A stretch of DNA of 37,865 nucleotides from Acidimicrobiia bacterium (lineage in GTDB: Bacteria > Actinomycetota > Acidimicrobiia > IMCC26256 > DASPTH01): NCBI GenBank assembly GCA_035763625.1, contig DASUAS010000282.1:1-37865 (forward strand). The letters run 5' to 3'. Position 1 is the stretch's first letter; each line of letters begins with the position of its first letter. This document shows, one piece after another, positions 1 to 11,360 of the stretch. Both the position numbers and the translations under genes were made by a program. Under the pieces are notes generated by a model. It was not told where the DNA came from, searched no databases, and was given only the letters and a program-made list of their open reading frames with translations.

Positions 1-1
1 G

Positions 2-508
2 ATGTTCCTCGGGCTGCTGCTCGCCACCACCACGATCACCGTCGGCGGCCGCACCGCCGACCCGTTCAGCGGCCAGACCTACTTCTTCTTCGCGCCGCTC
101 GTCATCCCGCTCGTGATCCTGGGCGTGCCGATCTTCGACACCGTGTTCTCGTTCCTGCGCCGGGTGTGGCGACGGCAGTCGTTCGCCCAGGCCGACCACG
201 AGCACCTCCACCACCGGCTCATGCGCATGGGCCACGGCCCGCGCCGCGCCGTCGTGATCCTGTGGCTGTGGACCGCGCTGCTCTCGGCGGTGGTCCTGCT
301 CCCCACCTTCACCAGCCACGGCAACTCGCTGGTGCCGCTGGCGGTGATCGCAATGGGACTGCTCCTCTACATCTACTTCCATCCCGGTGTCCGCAGCCTC
401 CGCGCGGGACCGGTGGCCGGCGAGCCTGTCGACCCCGCCGACGACGCCGACCAGGGCGCGGAAGTGGTCGAACTGGCGCGTCGGCGGGAATCTCGCGGCG
501 GCGGCTGA
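2..508 (+). CDS. wecA: Polyprenyl-phosphate GlcNAc-1-phosphate transferase (WecA/Rfe, MraY-like family), C-terminal part; 5' end lies outside the window
   Basis: The ORF is open to the window edge and encodes a multi-TM protein. The block FDTVFSFLRRVWRRQSFAQADHEHLHHRL is typical of the WecA/MraY family. It sits directly upstream of the atp operon, as rfe does in mycobacteria. Confidence 0.65.
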   Translation: MFLGLLLATTTITVGGRTADPFSGQTYFFFAPLVIPLVILGVPIFDTVFSFLRRVWRRQSFAQADHEHLHHRLMRMGHGPRRAVVILWLWTALLSAVVLLPTFTSHGNSLVPLAVIAMGLLLYIYFHPGVRSLRAGPVAGEPVDPADDADQGAEVVELARRRESRGGG

Positions 509-536
509 AGAAATTCTTCGGCGATCGCCTCCCGGT

Positions 537-566
537 TTGACCGTCCGCGGAGGCGCCGACTAGCTT
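537..566 (+). promoter_or_regulatory. SigA-type promoter of the atp operon (TTGACC-N18-TAGCTT)
   Basis: TTGACC lies at 537-542, followed by an 18-nt spacer and TAGCTT at 561-566. The predicted TSS near 573 makes the ORF-track GTG at 567 an impossible start codon. Confidence 0.5.
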
Positions 567-629
567 GTGCCCGCATTCACAAGCGGGAGTGGGTCGCAAC
601 GAGGCGCCGCTCGGGGGAGGAAACCGCCG

Positions 630-941
630 GTGAAACCCCGGCTCCGACGATTCGTACGTTGGCTGTTCGTGCCGAAGAAGGCACGCAGCGAAGACAAGTA
701 CCGCGGCGAGGCGTTTGCCAGTGGCCTCGAGCTCGTCGTTCCCACCGTCGTCTTCACGTTGCTCGGCCTGTGGGCCGACCGCAGCTGGGGCACCGCGCCG
801 CTCTTCTTGATCCTCGGCTTCGTGCTGGGCGCCGTCGGCACGTTCGTGAGCCAGTACTACCGCTACCAGGCCCGCAGCGAGATCAACGACGAAGGCAAGC
901 CGTGGACACGTTCGGCCTCGAGCCGGGGAGAAGGACCATGA
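630..941 (+). CDS. AtpZ-like small membrane protein (putative F0F1-ATPase accessory subunit, ATPase_gene1 family)
   Basis: This is ORF 567..941. I moved the start to GTG 630, which follows GGGGGAGG (613-620) at 9 nt. The two-TM core GLWADRSWGTAPLFLILGFVLGAVG fits the AtpZ family pattern. The stop overlaps the atpI start (ATGA at 938-941). Confidence 0.6.
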   Translation: MKPRLRRFVRWLFVPKKARSEDKYRGEAFASGLELVVPTVVFTLLGLWADRSWGTAPLFLILGFVLGAVGTFVSQYYRYQARSEINDEGKPWTRSASSRGEGP

Positions 942-1384
942 GCGAGCCATCCGTGCCGTCCGAGCTCTCGGTGCCCAGCCCCGACGGGATCGAGTCGCGC
1001 ATCGCGCGCGACATCGCCCGCCACGCGCTCTGGGTCGCCCCGGTGGCGATCCTGGCCCTCGGCATCTGGCAGGGCGTCGGCGGCGCGCTGGGCGTGGCGC
1101 TCGCCCTCGTCGTCGTGCTCGCCAACTTCCTCATCACCGGGGCGCTGCTCGGCTGGGCCGCCCGCATCTCGCCCACGATGATCATGGCCGTCGCGCTCGG
1201 CGGCTTCGTCGTGTGGCTGCTCGTCATCTTCGGCACCGGTCTGCTGGTGGAGCAGATCGACGCCGTCAACCTCGACGTCTTCGTCGTGTCCGTGCTCGTG
1301 CTGCATCTCGGCCTGCTCTTCTGGGAGATGCGCTCGATCAGCTTCAGTCTCGCATCCCCCGGGCTCAAGCCCCGGAAGTCCTAG
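938..1384 (+). CDS. atpI: ATP synthase protein I (AtpI)
   Basis: An in-frame ATG at 938 lies within ORF 659..1384. The upstream part of that ORF is Arg-rich junk. The product MSEPSVP... is a hydrophobic protein of about 148 aa with 4 TM segments, immediately before atpB. Confidence 0.7.
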   Translation: MSEPSVPSELSVPSPDGIESRIARDIARHALWVAPVAILALGIWQGVGGALGVALALVVVLANFLITGALLGWAARISPTMIMAVALGGFVVWLLVIFGTGLLVEQIDAVNLDVFVVSVLVLHLGLLFWEMRSISFSLASPGLKPRKS

Positions 1385-1393
1385 GAGCACTTC

Positions 1394-2471
<1,078 letters not shown>

Positions 2472-2476
2472 CCGAC

Positions 2477-2502
2477 GCGTCGCGGCGATCAGCCCGCGAC
2501 GC
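2477..2502 (+). terminator. GC-rich stem-loop between atpE and atpF (9-bp perfect stem, 8-nt loop); intra-operon attenuator or mRNA stabiliser candidate
   Basis: GCGTCGCGG (2477-2485) pairs perfectly with CCGCGACGC (2494-2502). There is no U-tract. It starts 6 nt after the atpE stop. Confidence 0.4.
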
Positions 2503-2530
2503 ACTGGCACTTCGGAAGGAAGGACGCGCC

Positions 2531-3205
2531 ATGCGCATCCGTAGGTTGCTGGCAGCAGCGTTGCTCGGAGGGGCGATGCTGTTCGCGCTGGCGCAGCCGG
2601 CGAGCGCCGACCCGTCGGTGGAGGCGAACAAAGAGCTCCGCGAGTGCGTCGAGAAGGCGCTCAAGGGCTCCAACGCCGATCTCCAGAACGCGATCAACGA
2701 CTGCCACAAGGCGAAGAGCATCGTGGTGCCGGCGGCACCCGAGCTGCTCTGGGGCTCGATCGCGTTCCTGATCGTGCTCGGCGTGCTCGCGAAGTTCGCC
2801 TACCCCACGATGAAGAAGACGCTGGCGGACCGTCAGGACAAGATCCGTCACGACCTGGAAGGGGCGGAGTCCGCCCGGCTCGAGGCCGAGCGGGAGCGCG
2901 ACGACTATCGCCAGAAGGTCCAGGAGTCGCGTCAAGAAGCGGTGGAGATCCTCGAAGCCGCGCGTGGTGATGCCGAAAGAGTGCGCGCCGACATCGTCGC
3001 CCGGGCGGAGACCGAGGCCATGGAGATCAAGGCGCGGGCCAACGACGACATCCGCCTCGCGACCGAGCGGGCCCAGGCCGACCTCCAGGCATCGGTGAAG
3101 GACCTCTCGATCGAGCTGGCCGAGAAGGTCGTCGAGCGCAACCTCGACCCCGAGACGCAGCGTGCCCTGATCGACAGCTACATCGCGCAGGTCGGGAGCA
3201 ACTGA
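2531..3205 (+). CDS. atpF: F0 ATP synthase subunit b with an N-terminal signal-peptide-like extension
   Basis: 224 aa. The TM segment LLWGSIAFLIVLGVLAKF is followed by a long charged coiled coil typical of subunit b. ATG 2531 follows GGAAGGAAGGA. The first 64 codons show strong GC3 coding bias. Confidence 0.9.
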   Translation: MRIRRLLAAALLGGAMLFALAQPASADPSVEANKELRECVEKALKGSNADLQNAINDCHKAKSIVVPAAPELLWGSIAFLIVLGVLAKFAYPTMKKTLADRQDKIRHDLEGAESARLEAERERDDYRQKVQESRQEAVEILEAARGDAERVRADIVARAETEAMEIKARANDDIRLATERAQADLQASVKDLSIELAEKVVERNLDPETQRALIDSYIAQVGSN

Positions 3206-3206
3206 C

Positions 3207-3740
3207 GTGAGCAACGCCAGCGACCGCATCGAGTCCTACGCCACGGCGTTCCTCGAGGTCGCCCGGACCGAGGGCCACCTGGCCGAGGTCGAGGACGAGC
3301 TGTTCCGGTTCGCCCGCGCCTACGCGGCTTCGGACGAGCTGCGGCTCGCGCTCACCGATCCGAACCTCCCCGCGGCGCGCAAGGTCGCGGTGATCCAGGA
3401 TCTGCTCGAGCGCAAGGCGCTCGCCACGTCCCAGGCGTTGGTGCTCGCCGTGGTGGTCGCAGGCCGGGCCGGTGAGCTCGAGCAGATCGTCGACAAGTTC
3501 GTCGAGCTCGCGGTGGCGGAGCGCGCGCACGAGGTCGCCGAGGTCCGCACCGCGGTGCCGCTCAGCGACGAAGACGTCGTGCGCCTGCGGGACGCGCTGA
3601 GCGCGGCCACCCGCAAGAACGTCGAGGTGAAGGTCGTCATCGACCCCGACGTCATGGGCGGGATCGTCACCAAGGTGGGCGATCTGGTGATCGACGGGTC
3701 CGTCCGCCACCGCCTCGACCAACTCCGCGAACAGATCTAG
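3207..3740 (+). CDS. atpH: F1 ATP synthase subunit delta (OSCP), not fused to b
   Basis: 177 aa. GTG start lies 1 nt after the atpF stop. The C-terminal motif is GGIVTKVGDLVIDGSVRHRLDQL. Confidence 0.9.
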   Translation: MSNASDRIESYATAFLEVARTEGHLAEVEDELFRFARAYAASDELRLALTDPNLPAARKVAVIQDLLERKALATSQALVLAVVVAGRAGELEQIVDKFVELAVAERAHEVAEVRTAVPLSDEDVVRLRDALSAATRKNVEVKVVIDPDVMGGIVTKVGDLVIDGSVRHRLDQLREQI

Positions 3741-3764
3741 CCAGAGGAAGACTGGAAGGAACAG

Positions 3765-5351
3765 ATGGCTGAGTTGACCATCAACGTCGAGGAGATCGCT
3801 GCCGCGCTCAAGGCGCACGTCTCCACGTTCACGCCCACCCTCGACTCGGCCAACGTCGGCCAGGTGCTGGAGGTGGGTGACGGCATCGCGCGCGTCGCGG
3901 GCCTACCGCAGACCGCGGTCAACGAGGTCCTCGAGTTCGAAGGGGGCACGCTCGGCCTCGCGCTGAACCTCGACGAGGATTCGATCGGTGCGGTCGTGCT
4001 CGGCGAGGCGAGCCACGTCGAGGAAGGCGGCGCGGTCAAGGCGACCGGACGCATCCTCTCGGTCGCGGTCGGCGACGCCCTGATCGGCCGTGTCGTCGAC
4101 GGTCTCGGGCGTCCGATCGACGGCAAGGGTGCGATCGCCTCCACCGAGGTCCGTCGCCTCGAGGTACAGGCGCCGGGCATCGTCGGTCGCCAGCCGGTGC
4201 ACGAGCCGCTCCAGACCGGCATCAAGGCCATCGACGCGATGACGCCGGTCGGTCGTGGTCAGCGGGAGCTCATCATCGGCGACCGCAAGACGGGCAAGAC
4301 GACCGTCGCCATCGACACGATCCTGGCCCAGAAGGGCCAGGGCGTGAAGTGCATCTACGTCGCGATCGGCCAGAAGGGATCGACCGTCGCGCAGACCGTC
4401 GCCACGCTCGAGGAGCACGGCGCGATGGACTACACGGTGGTGGTGAACGCGCCAGCCGCCGACGAGGCGGTGTTCAAGTACCTCGCCCCCTACGCGGGAT
4501 GCGCCATCGGCCAGCACTGGATGGACAACGGTGAGCACGCGCTCGTCGTCTACGACGACCTGTCGAAGCAGGCGGAGTCGTACCGCCAGCTGTCGCTGCT
4601 GCTGCGCCGTCCGCCGGGTCGTGAGGCCTATCCGGGCGACGTCTTCTACCTGCACAGCCGTCTGCTCGAGCGTGCGGCCAAGCTCAGCGATGCGCTCGGC
4701 GCCGGTTCGCTCACCGCGCTCCCGATCATCGAGACCAAGGCGGGTGACGTCTCGGCGTACATCCCCACCAACGTGATCTCGATCACCGACGGCCAGATCT
4801 ACCTCCAGGAGAACCTCTTCCGGTCGGGTGTGCGGCCCGCGGTCGACGTGGGCATCTCGGTGTCCCGGGTGGGTGGCGCCGCGCAGATCAAGGCCATGCG
4901 GTCGGTGGCCGGAACGCTGAAGGTCGACCTCGCGCAGTTCCGCGACCTCGAGGCGTTCGCCACGTTCGCGTCCGACCTCGACGCGGTGTCGAAGGCCCAG
5001 CTCGAGCGTGGGTACCGCCTGGTCGAGCTGCTGAAGCAACCGCTCAACTCGCCGATGCCGGTGGAGCTGCAGGTGCTGTCGGTCTTCGCCGGCACGTCCG
5101 GCGTGCTCGACGACCTCGAGGTGCACGACATCCGTCGCTTCGAGGACGACATGCACGAGTGGTTCCAGGCCCGCCACGGCGCGTTGCTCGACCACATCCG
5201 TGGCACCGGCACGTTGCCCGAGGGCGACGAGATGGCGAACGCGATGGCGGAGTTCAAGGAGACGTTCGCCGCTGCCCTCGCCGGCGAAGCCGCCGCCACC
5301 GCGCAGGCCGCCGAGGCCACCGAGCCCGTCGCGGCTGGGACAGGGCAGTAG
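3765..5351 (+). CDS. atpA: F1 ATP synthase subunit alpha
   Basis: 528 aa. Walker A is GDRKTGKT. Highly conserved blocks include [21 protein letters not shown]. Confidence 0.97.
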   Translation: MAELTINVEEIAAALKAHVSTFTPTLDSANVGQVLEVGDGIARVAGLPQTAVNEVLEFEGGTLGLALNLDEDSIGAVVLGEASHVEEGGAVKATGRILSVAVGDALIGRVVDGLGRPIDGKGAIASTEVRRLEVQAPGIVGRQPVHEPLQTGIKAIDAMTPVGRGQRELIIGDRKTGKTTVAIDTILAQKGQGVKCIYVAIGQKGSTVAQTVATLEEHGAMDYTVVVNAPAADEAVFKYLAPYAGCAIGQHWMDNGEHALVVYDDLSKQAESYRQLSLLLRRPPGREAYPGDVFYLHSRLLERAAKLSDALGAGSLTALPIIETKAGDVSAYIPTNVISITDGQIYLQENLFRSGVRPAVDVGISVSRVGGAAQIKAMRSVAGTLKVDLAQFRDLEAFATFASDLDAVSKAQLERGYRLVELLKQPLNSPMPVELQVLSVFAGTSGVLDDLEVHDIRRFEDDMHEWFQARHGALLDHIRGTGTLPEGDEMANAMAEFKETFAAALAGEAAATAQAAEATEPVAAGTGQ

Positions 5352-5357
5352 GGCGAC

Positions 5358-7803
<2,446 letters not shown>

Positions 7804-7809
7804 GCTCCG

Positions 7810-8211
7810 ATGGCGGCCGAGCTCTTCGAGGTCCAGCTCGTCTCACCCGAACAGATCCTGTTCGAGGGCGAGGCCGAGATGGTGGTGTGCCGCGCGCTCG
7901 ACGGCGACATCGCGTTCCTCAGGGACCACGTCCCCTACCTCGGCGTGCTCGACGACGACGTGGTGCGCATCATCCAACCCGACGACGCCGAGACCGCGGC
8001 CGCGGTGCACGGGGGCTTCGTGCAGATGAACGGCGAGAAGCTCGTGGTGTTGTCCGACCTGGCCGAGCTCAGGGCCGACATCGACGTGCCCCGCGCCGAG
8101 GCCGCGAAGCAGGCGGCCGAGGCTGCGCTCGCCGCCAACGGCGACGACCCCGAGGCGCAGGCCGCACTGGCCCGGGCCGAGAGCCGACTCAAGGTCGCCG
8201 GGGCCTCCTAG
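7810..8211 (+). CDS. atpC: F1 ATP synthase subunit epsilon
   Basis: 133 aa with a beta-sandwich N-terminus and an Ala-rich two-helix C-terminus. It is the last gene of the atp operon. Confidence 0.9.
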   Translation: MAAELFEVQLVSPEQILFEGEAEMVVCRALDGDIAFLRDHVPYLGVLDDDVVRIIQPDDAETAAAVHGGFVQMNGEKLVVLSDLAELRADIDVPRAEAAKQAAEAALAANGDDPEAQAALARAESRLKVAGAS

Positions 8212-8261
8212 TCGCGCTCCTCGCGGCGGCGCCGCGTCCGCGAAACGCGCGTCCGACCTCC

Positions 8262-8267
8262 TAGCCT
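8262..8267 (+). promoter_or_regulatory. -10-like hexamer TAGCCT, 6 nt before ATG 8274 (leaderless geometry)
   Basis: The sequence is TAGCCTgctgccATG, with no SD motif. Confidence 0.45.
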
Positions 8268-8273
8268 GCTGCC

Positions 8274-9323
8274 ATGCGACGGCGCCTGACCTGCGTGGCC
8301 GTCGCGTTGATGATCACGGTCGGCGGGGCGCTGTTCGCGCTCGTCTCCACCGCGGGAGCCGAGACGCCGTCGCTCGCCGCGTTCCGGAAGCTCGGTGCCT
8401 GGGTCGACGTGTTCGACTACGCGCCCCGGCTCCAGAACGCCGGCGCCAAGCCGCGCGTCACGCCCGACTCGATCTCCGACATGGCCGCGCTCGGCGTGAA
8501 GACGCTCTACGTGCAGGTCGCCAACCCCGACGGCGCACCGGCGAACCAGCTCACCGACCGCGTCGAGCTCCAGGCGCTGCTCGCACGGGCGCACGACCGC
8601 GGCATGGCGGTGGTGCCCTGGTTCCTGCCCGGGTTGACCTCGCCGAAGGACGACGTCGCCACGTTCAAGCAGATCCTCGAGCTGCGTGCCGGCGGTGAGA
8701 ACGTCGACGGCATCGGGCTCGACCTCGAATCAGGGGAAGAGCCCGACATCCGGTTGCGGAACCAGCGCACGGTCGCCTTCGCGGCACGCGTGCGCAAGCT
8801 CGTGGGATCCTCCATGCCGGTGGCCGCCATCGTGTACCCCGCGGTGCAGCTCGAGGTGCTCAACACCACGCTGTGGCCCGATTTCCCGTACAAGGCGGTG
8901 AACCGCTCCGTCGACCTCTGGATGCCGATGAGCTACTACACGTACCGGTCGACCGAGTCGGGGCTGCGCAGCGCGTTCCGCTACACGGTCGACAGCGTCG
9001 ACCGGCTCCGCAAGCGGGTCGGCGACCCGAAGGTGCCGGTGCACCTCATCGGGGGTCTCGCCGAGGACAGCACGCCCGACGACTACCTCGACATGACCCG
9101 CGCCGCGCGCGCCACCGACGCGCTCGGGTGGTCGGTCTACGACTACGCGACGACGGGCACGTGGGCGTGGCCCTACCTGCGCGACAGCGTGCCGGTGCCG
9201 ACCACCCTGTTGCCACCCACCACCCCGGCACCGTCGACGGCGCCACCGGCCCCGTCCTCGACGACGACCAGCTCGACGACGTCGACGACGACCACCACCA
9301 CGACCGTGCCGCCGACGAGCTGA
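8274..9323 (+). CDS. Secreted glycoside-hydrolase-like TIM-barrel protein (GHL/DUF4015-like) with a Pro/Thr/Ser-rich C-terminal tail
   Basis: It has a Sec signal peptide MRRRLTCVAVALMITVGGALFALVSTAGA/E. Blocks GAWVDVFDY, VKTLYVQV and DGIGLDLE resemble GH-like TIM barrels. The family assignment was made by eye only. Confidence 0.5.
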   Translation: MRRRLTCVAVALMITVGGALFALVSTAGAETPSLAAFRKLGAWVDVFDYAPRLQNAGAKPRVTPDSISDMAALGVKTLYVQVANPDGAPANQLTDRVELQALLARAHDRGMAVVPWFLPGLTSPKDDVATFKQILELRAGGENVDGIGLDLESGEEPDIRLRNQRTVAFAARVRKLVGSSMPVAAIVYPAVQLEVLNTTLWPDFPYKAVNRSVDLWMPMSYYTYRSTESGLRSAFRYTVDSVDRLRKRVGDPKVPVHLIGGLAEDSTPDDYLDMTRAARATDALGWSVYDYATTGTWAWPYLRDSVPVPTTLLPPTTPAPSTAPPAPSSTTTSSTTSTTTTTTTVPPTS

Positions 9324-9326
9324 GCG

Positions 9327-10139
9327 TCAGGCGTCGCGGCGTTCGATCGCGACCACCGCGAGCACGAAGACGACGCCCACGGTCACCAGCAGCGCGACCA
9401 GGCCCCCGCCCGGCGACAGCAGGTTGGAGTTCGGTCGGACGGTGAACATCGCCCGGCCGGCGTTGATCGGCAACAGCTTGCCGACGTCGGTGTTCCAGGG
9501 CGACGGCAGCGCGTCGACGAGAGCCGGCAGCACGAGCACGAGACCGAACAGCGTGGCGATCGCACCCGCGGTGCGGCGGAGCAAGGTCGCCAGCGCGAGG
9601 CCGAGGAGCCCGATGAGGGTGAGGTAGACGCCGGCGCCGAGCACGGCGCGCAGAACGCCGGGGTCGGAGAGCGCCACGTCGGCGTTCTTCCCCGCGAGCA
9701 CGCTCTGGCCGGCGAAGAACGCGATGAACGCGGCGATCGTCGACACGACGAACGCGACGACCGTGAACACGCCCGCCTTGGCGAAGAGGAGCATCCGGCG
9801 GTGCGGGACCGCGGTGAGCGTCGTGCGGATCATGCCGGTCGTGTACTCGGCGCTGATCACGAGCACCCCGAGCACGCCGATGGCGAGCTGCGCGAGGAAG
9901 ACGCCACGCAGGCTGATCGCGGTCGGGTCGATGGAGAGCCGCTCCCGCAGGCTCAGCTGGTCCCAGCGGCTGACGCGGGCGAGGCTGAGGAGCGTGCCGA
10001 TGCCGACGGTCGCGACCACAGTCGCGACGAGCGTCCAGACGGTCGAGCGCACCGTGCGGAGCTTGGTGGCCTCGGACCGCAACACCGGCGTCAATGCACC
10101 CGCGGTCGGCGTGTCGCGCGTGTCGATCGCCGTGCTCAC
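9327..10139 (-). CDS. ABC-2 type transporter permease
   Basis: 270 aa with six TM segments. The N-terminus TPVLRSEATKLRTVRSTVWTL is typical of ABC-2 permeases. GTG start overlaps the ATPase stop (GTGA at 10136-10139). Confidence 0.8.
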   Translation of the reverse strand: MSTAIDTRDTPTAGALTPVLRSEATKLRTVRSTVWTLVATVVATVGIGTLLSLARVSRWDQLSLRERLSIDPTAISLRGVFLAQLAIGVLGVLVISAEYTTGMIRTTLTAVPHRRMLLFAKAGVFTVVAFVVSTIAAFIAFFAGQSVLAGKNADVALSDPGVLRAVLGAGVYLTLIGLLGLALATLLRRTAGAIATLFGLVLVLPALVDALPSPWNTDVGKLLPINAGRAMFTVRPNSNLLSPGGGLVALLVTVGVVFVLAVVAIERRDA

Positions 10140-11059
10140 GGCATGCTCCTCGTCGTCGCGACCTCACCGTGGAAGTCGACGCTGTCGTTCGTGAGCTCGA
10201 AGAACGTCTCCTCGAGGGATGCCGACTGCGTCGTCAGCTCGTGCAGCACGACGCCGTGACGTGCGGCCAGTGCACCGATCACCTCGGACGTGAGGTCGGT
10301 CACGGTCAGGCTCCCGTCGCGTCCCGGCTCGACGCGCCCGCCGGCGTCGACCAGCAACGGCATGAACCGGGCCGCGTCGGGCGAACGCACCGACACGCTG
10401 GCCGCACCCCGCACGAGGAGCTCTCGCATCGGCGCATCGGCGATAAGCCGGCCCCGGCCGATCACGATCACGTGGTCCGCGGTGAGCGACATCTCGCTCA
10501 TCAGGTGGCTCGACACGAACACGGTGCGGCCCTCGTTGGCGAGCGCGCGGAAGAGCGTGCGGATCCAGACGATGCCTTCCGGGTCGAGTCCGTTGACCGG
10601 CTCGTCGAACATCAGCACCTGGGGATCACCGAGCAGCGCGGCCGCGATCCCGAGGCGCTGGCGCATGCCCAGCGAGAAGGTGCCGATGCGCCTGCCGGCC
10701 ACGTCGTCGAGGCCCACGATCCCGAGCACCTCGTCGACGCGCGTGCGCGGGATCCGGTTCGACTGCGCCAGACCCCAGAGGTGCTCGCGTGCCTTGCGTC
10801 CCGGGTGGATCGCGCCGGCGTCGAGGAGGGCGCCGACCTCGTACATGGGGTAGCGGTGGTCGGCGAAGCGCCGGCCGCCCACGGTGACCGAGCCCGCGGT
10901 CGGGCGGTCGAGGCCGAGGACGAGCCGCATGGTGGTCGACTTCCCGGCTCCGTTGGGGCCGAGGAAACCGGTCACCAGACCCGGCTGCACGGTGAAGGTG
11001 AGGTCGTCGACCGCCAGCGCGGTCGGGTAGCGCTTGGTGAGACCCCGGGCCTCGATCAT
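10136..11059 (-). CDS. ABC transporter ATP-binding protein
   Basis: Walker A is GPNGAGKST, the signature is FSLGMRQR, and Walker B is LMFDEP. The start is set at ATG 11059 (MIEARGLTKRY). The ORF-track upstream 30 codons lack coding character. Confidence 0.85.
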   Translation of the reverse strand: MIEARGLTKRYPTALAVDDLTFTVQPGLVTGFLGPNGAGKSTTMRLVLGLDRPTAGSVTVGGRRFADHRYPMYEVGALLDAGAIHPGRKAREHLWGLAQSNRIPRTRVDEVLGIVGLDDVAGRRIGTFSLGMRQRLGIAAALLGDPQVLMFDEPVNGLDPEGIVWIRTLFRALANEGRTVFVSSHLMSEMSLTADHVIVIGRGRLIADAPMRELLVRGAASVSVRSPDAARFMPLLVDAGGRVEPGRDGSLTVTDLTSEVIGALAARHGVVLHELTTQSASLEETFFELTNDSVDFHGEVATTRSMP

Positions 11060-11066
11060 GGCCGGG

Positions 11067-11072
11067 ACGCTA
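11067..11072 (-). promoter_or_regulatory. -10-like hexamer TAGCGT, 7 nt before ATG 11059 (leaderless geometry)
   Basis: The minus strand reads TAGCGTcccggccATG. Confidence 0.45.
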
Positions 11073-11139
11073 CGGAAGAATTGTGAGGGAAGCGTGAGCT
11101 GGAGGGAGGAAGATGACCGCTTCTCGTCATCCAGCGCGT

Positions 11140-11152
11140 AGCGTGTCACGCT
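11140..11152. promoter_or_regulatory. 13-bp palindrome AGCGTG-T-CACGCT (operator candidate) overlapping a plus-strand TAGCGT hexamer (11139-11144)
   Basis: Read directly from the sequence. It lies in the 132-bp divergent region between the ABC ATPase gene and a small ORF. Confidence 0.35.
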
Positions 11153-11191
11153 GCGACGCCGCGCCCCTTCCCCTGACAGGTAGGACCCACA

Positions 11192-11332
11192 GTGATCGAT
11201 CGCGATGAGGTACCCGCGTCACCCGACGGCCGTGGGTGGTTGATCGGGGCCGCGTTCTTCGGCTTCACCTTGGTGTTGGCCGGCCTGCTGGTCCTGTACG
11301 TGCTGCTCTGGAACGGCGGCGCACACACGTAG
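11192..11332 (+). CDS. Candidate 46-aa single-TM small membrane protein (below the ORF-track length cutoff)
   Basis: The product is GTG-IDRDEVPASPDGRGWLIGAAFFGFTLVLAGLLVLYVLLWNGGAHT-TAG. AGGTAGGA sits 6 nt upstream of the start. Third-codon positions are GC-rich, as in neighbouring genes. Confidence 0.35.
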   Translation: MIDRDEVPASPDGRGWLIGAAFFGFTLVLAGLLVLYVLLWNGGAHT

Positions 11333-11360
11333 CCGCGGTGCGCCCGGCAGCGCGGGTGGA

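Noticed and set aside
8222-8236. CGCGGC-ggc-GCCGCG mini-hairpin after atpC as the atp operon terminator
   Set aside because: It has only 6 bp, a 3-nt loop and no U-tract. That is not distinguishable from random GC-rich self-complementarity.
11078-11086. 9-mer GAATTGTGA shared by two intergenic regions (also at 18832-18840)
   Set aside because: A single shared AT-rich 9-mer between two roughly 130-bp spacers is within chance expectation. I found no symmetry and no third copy.
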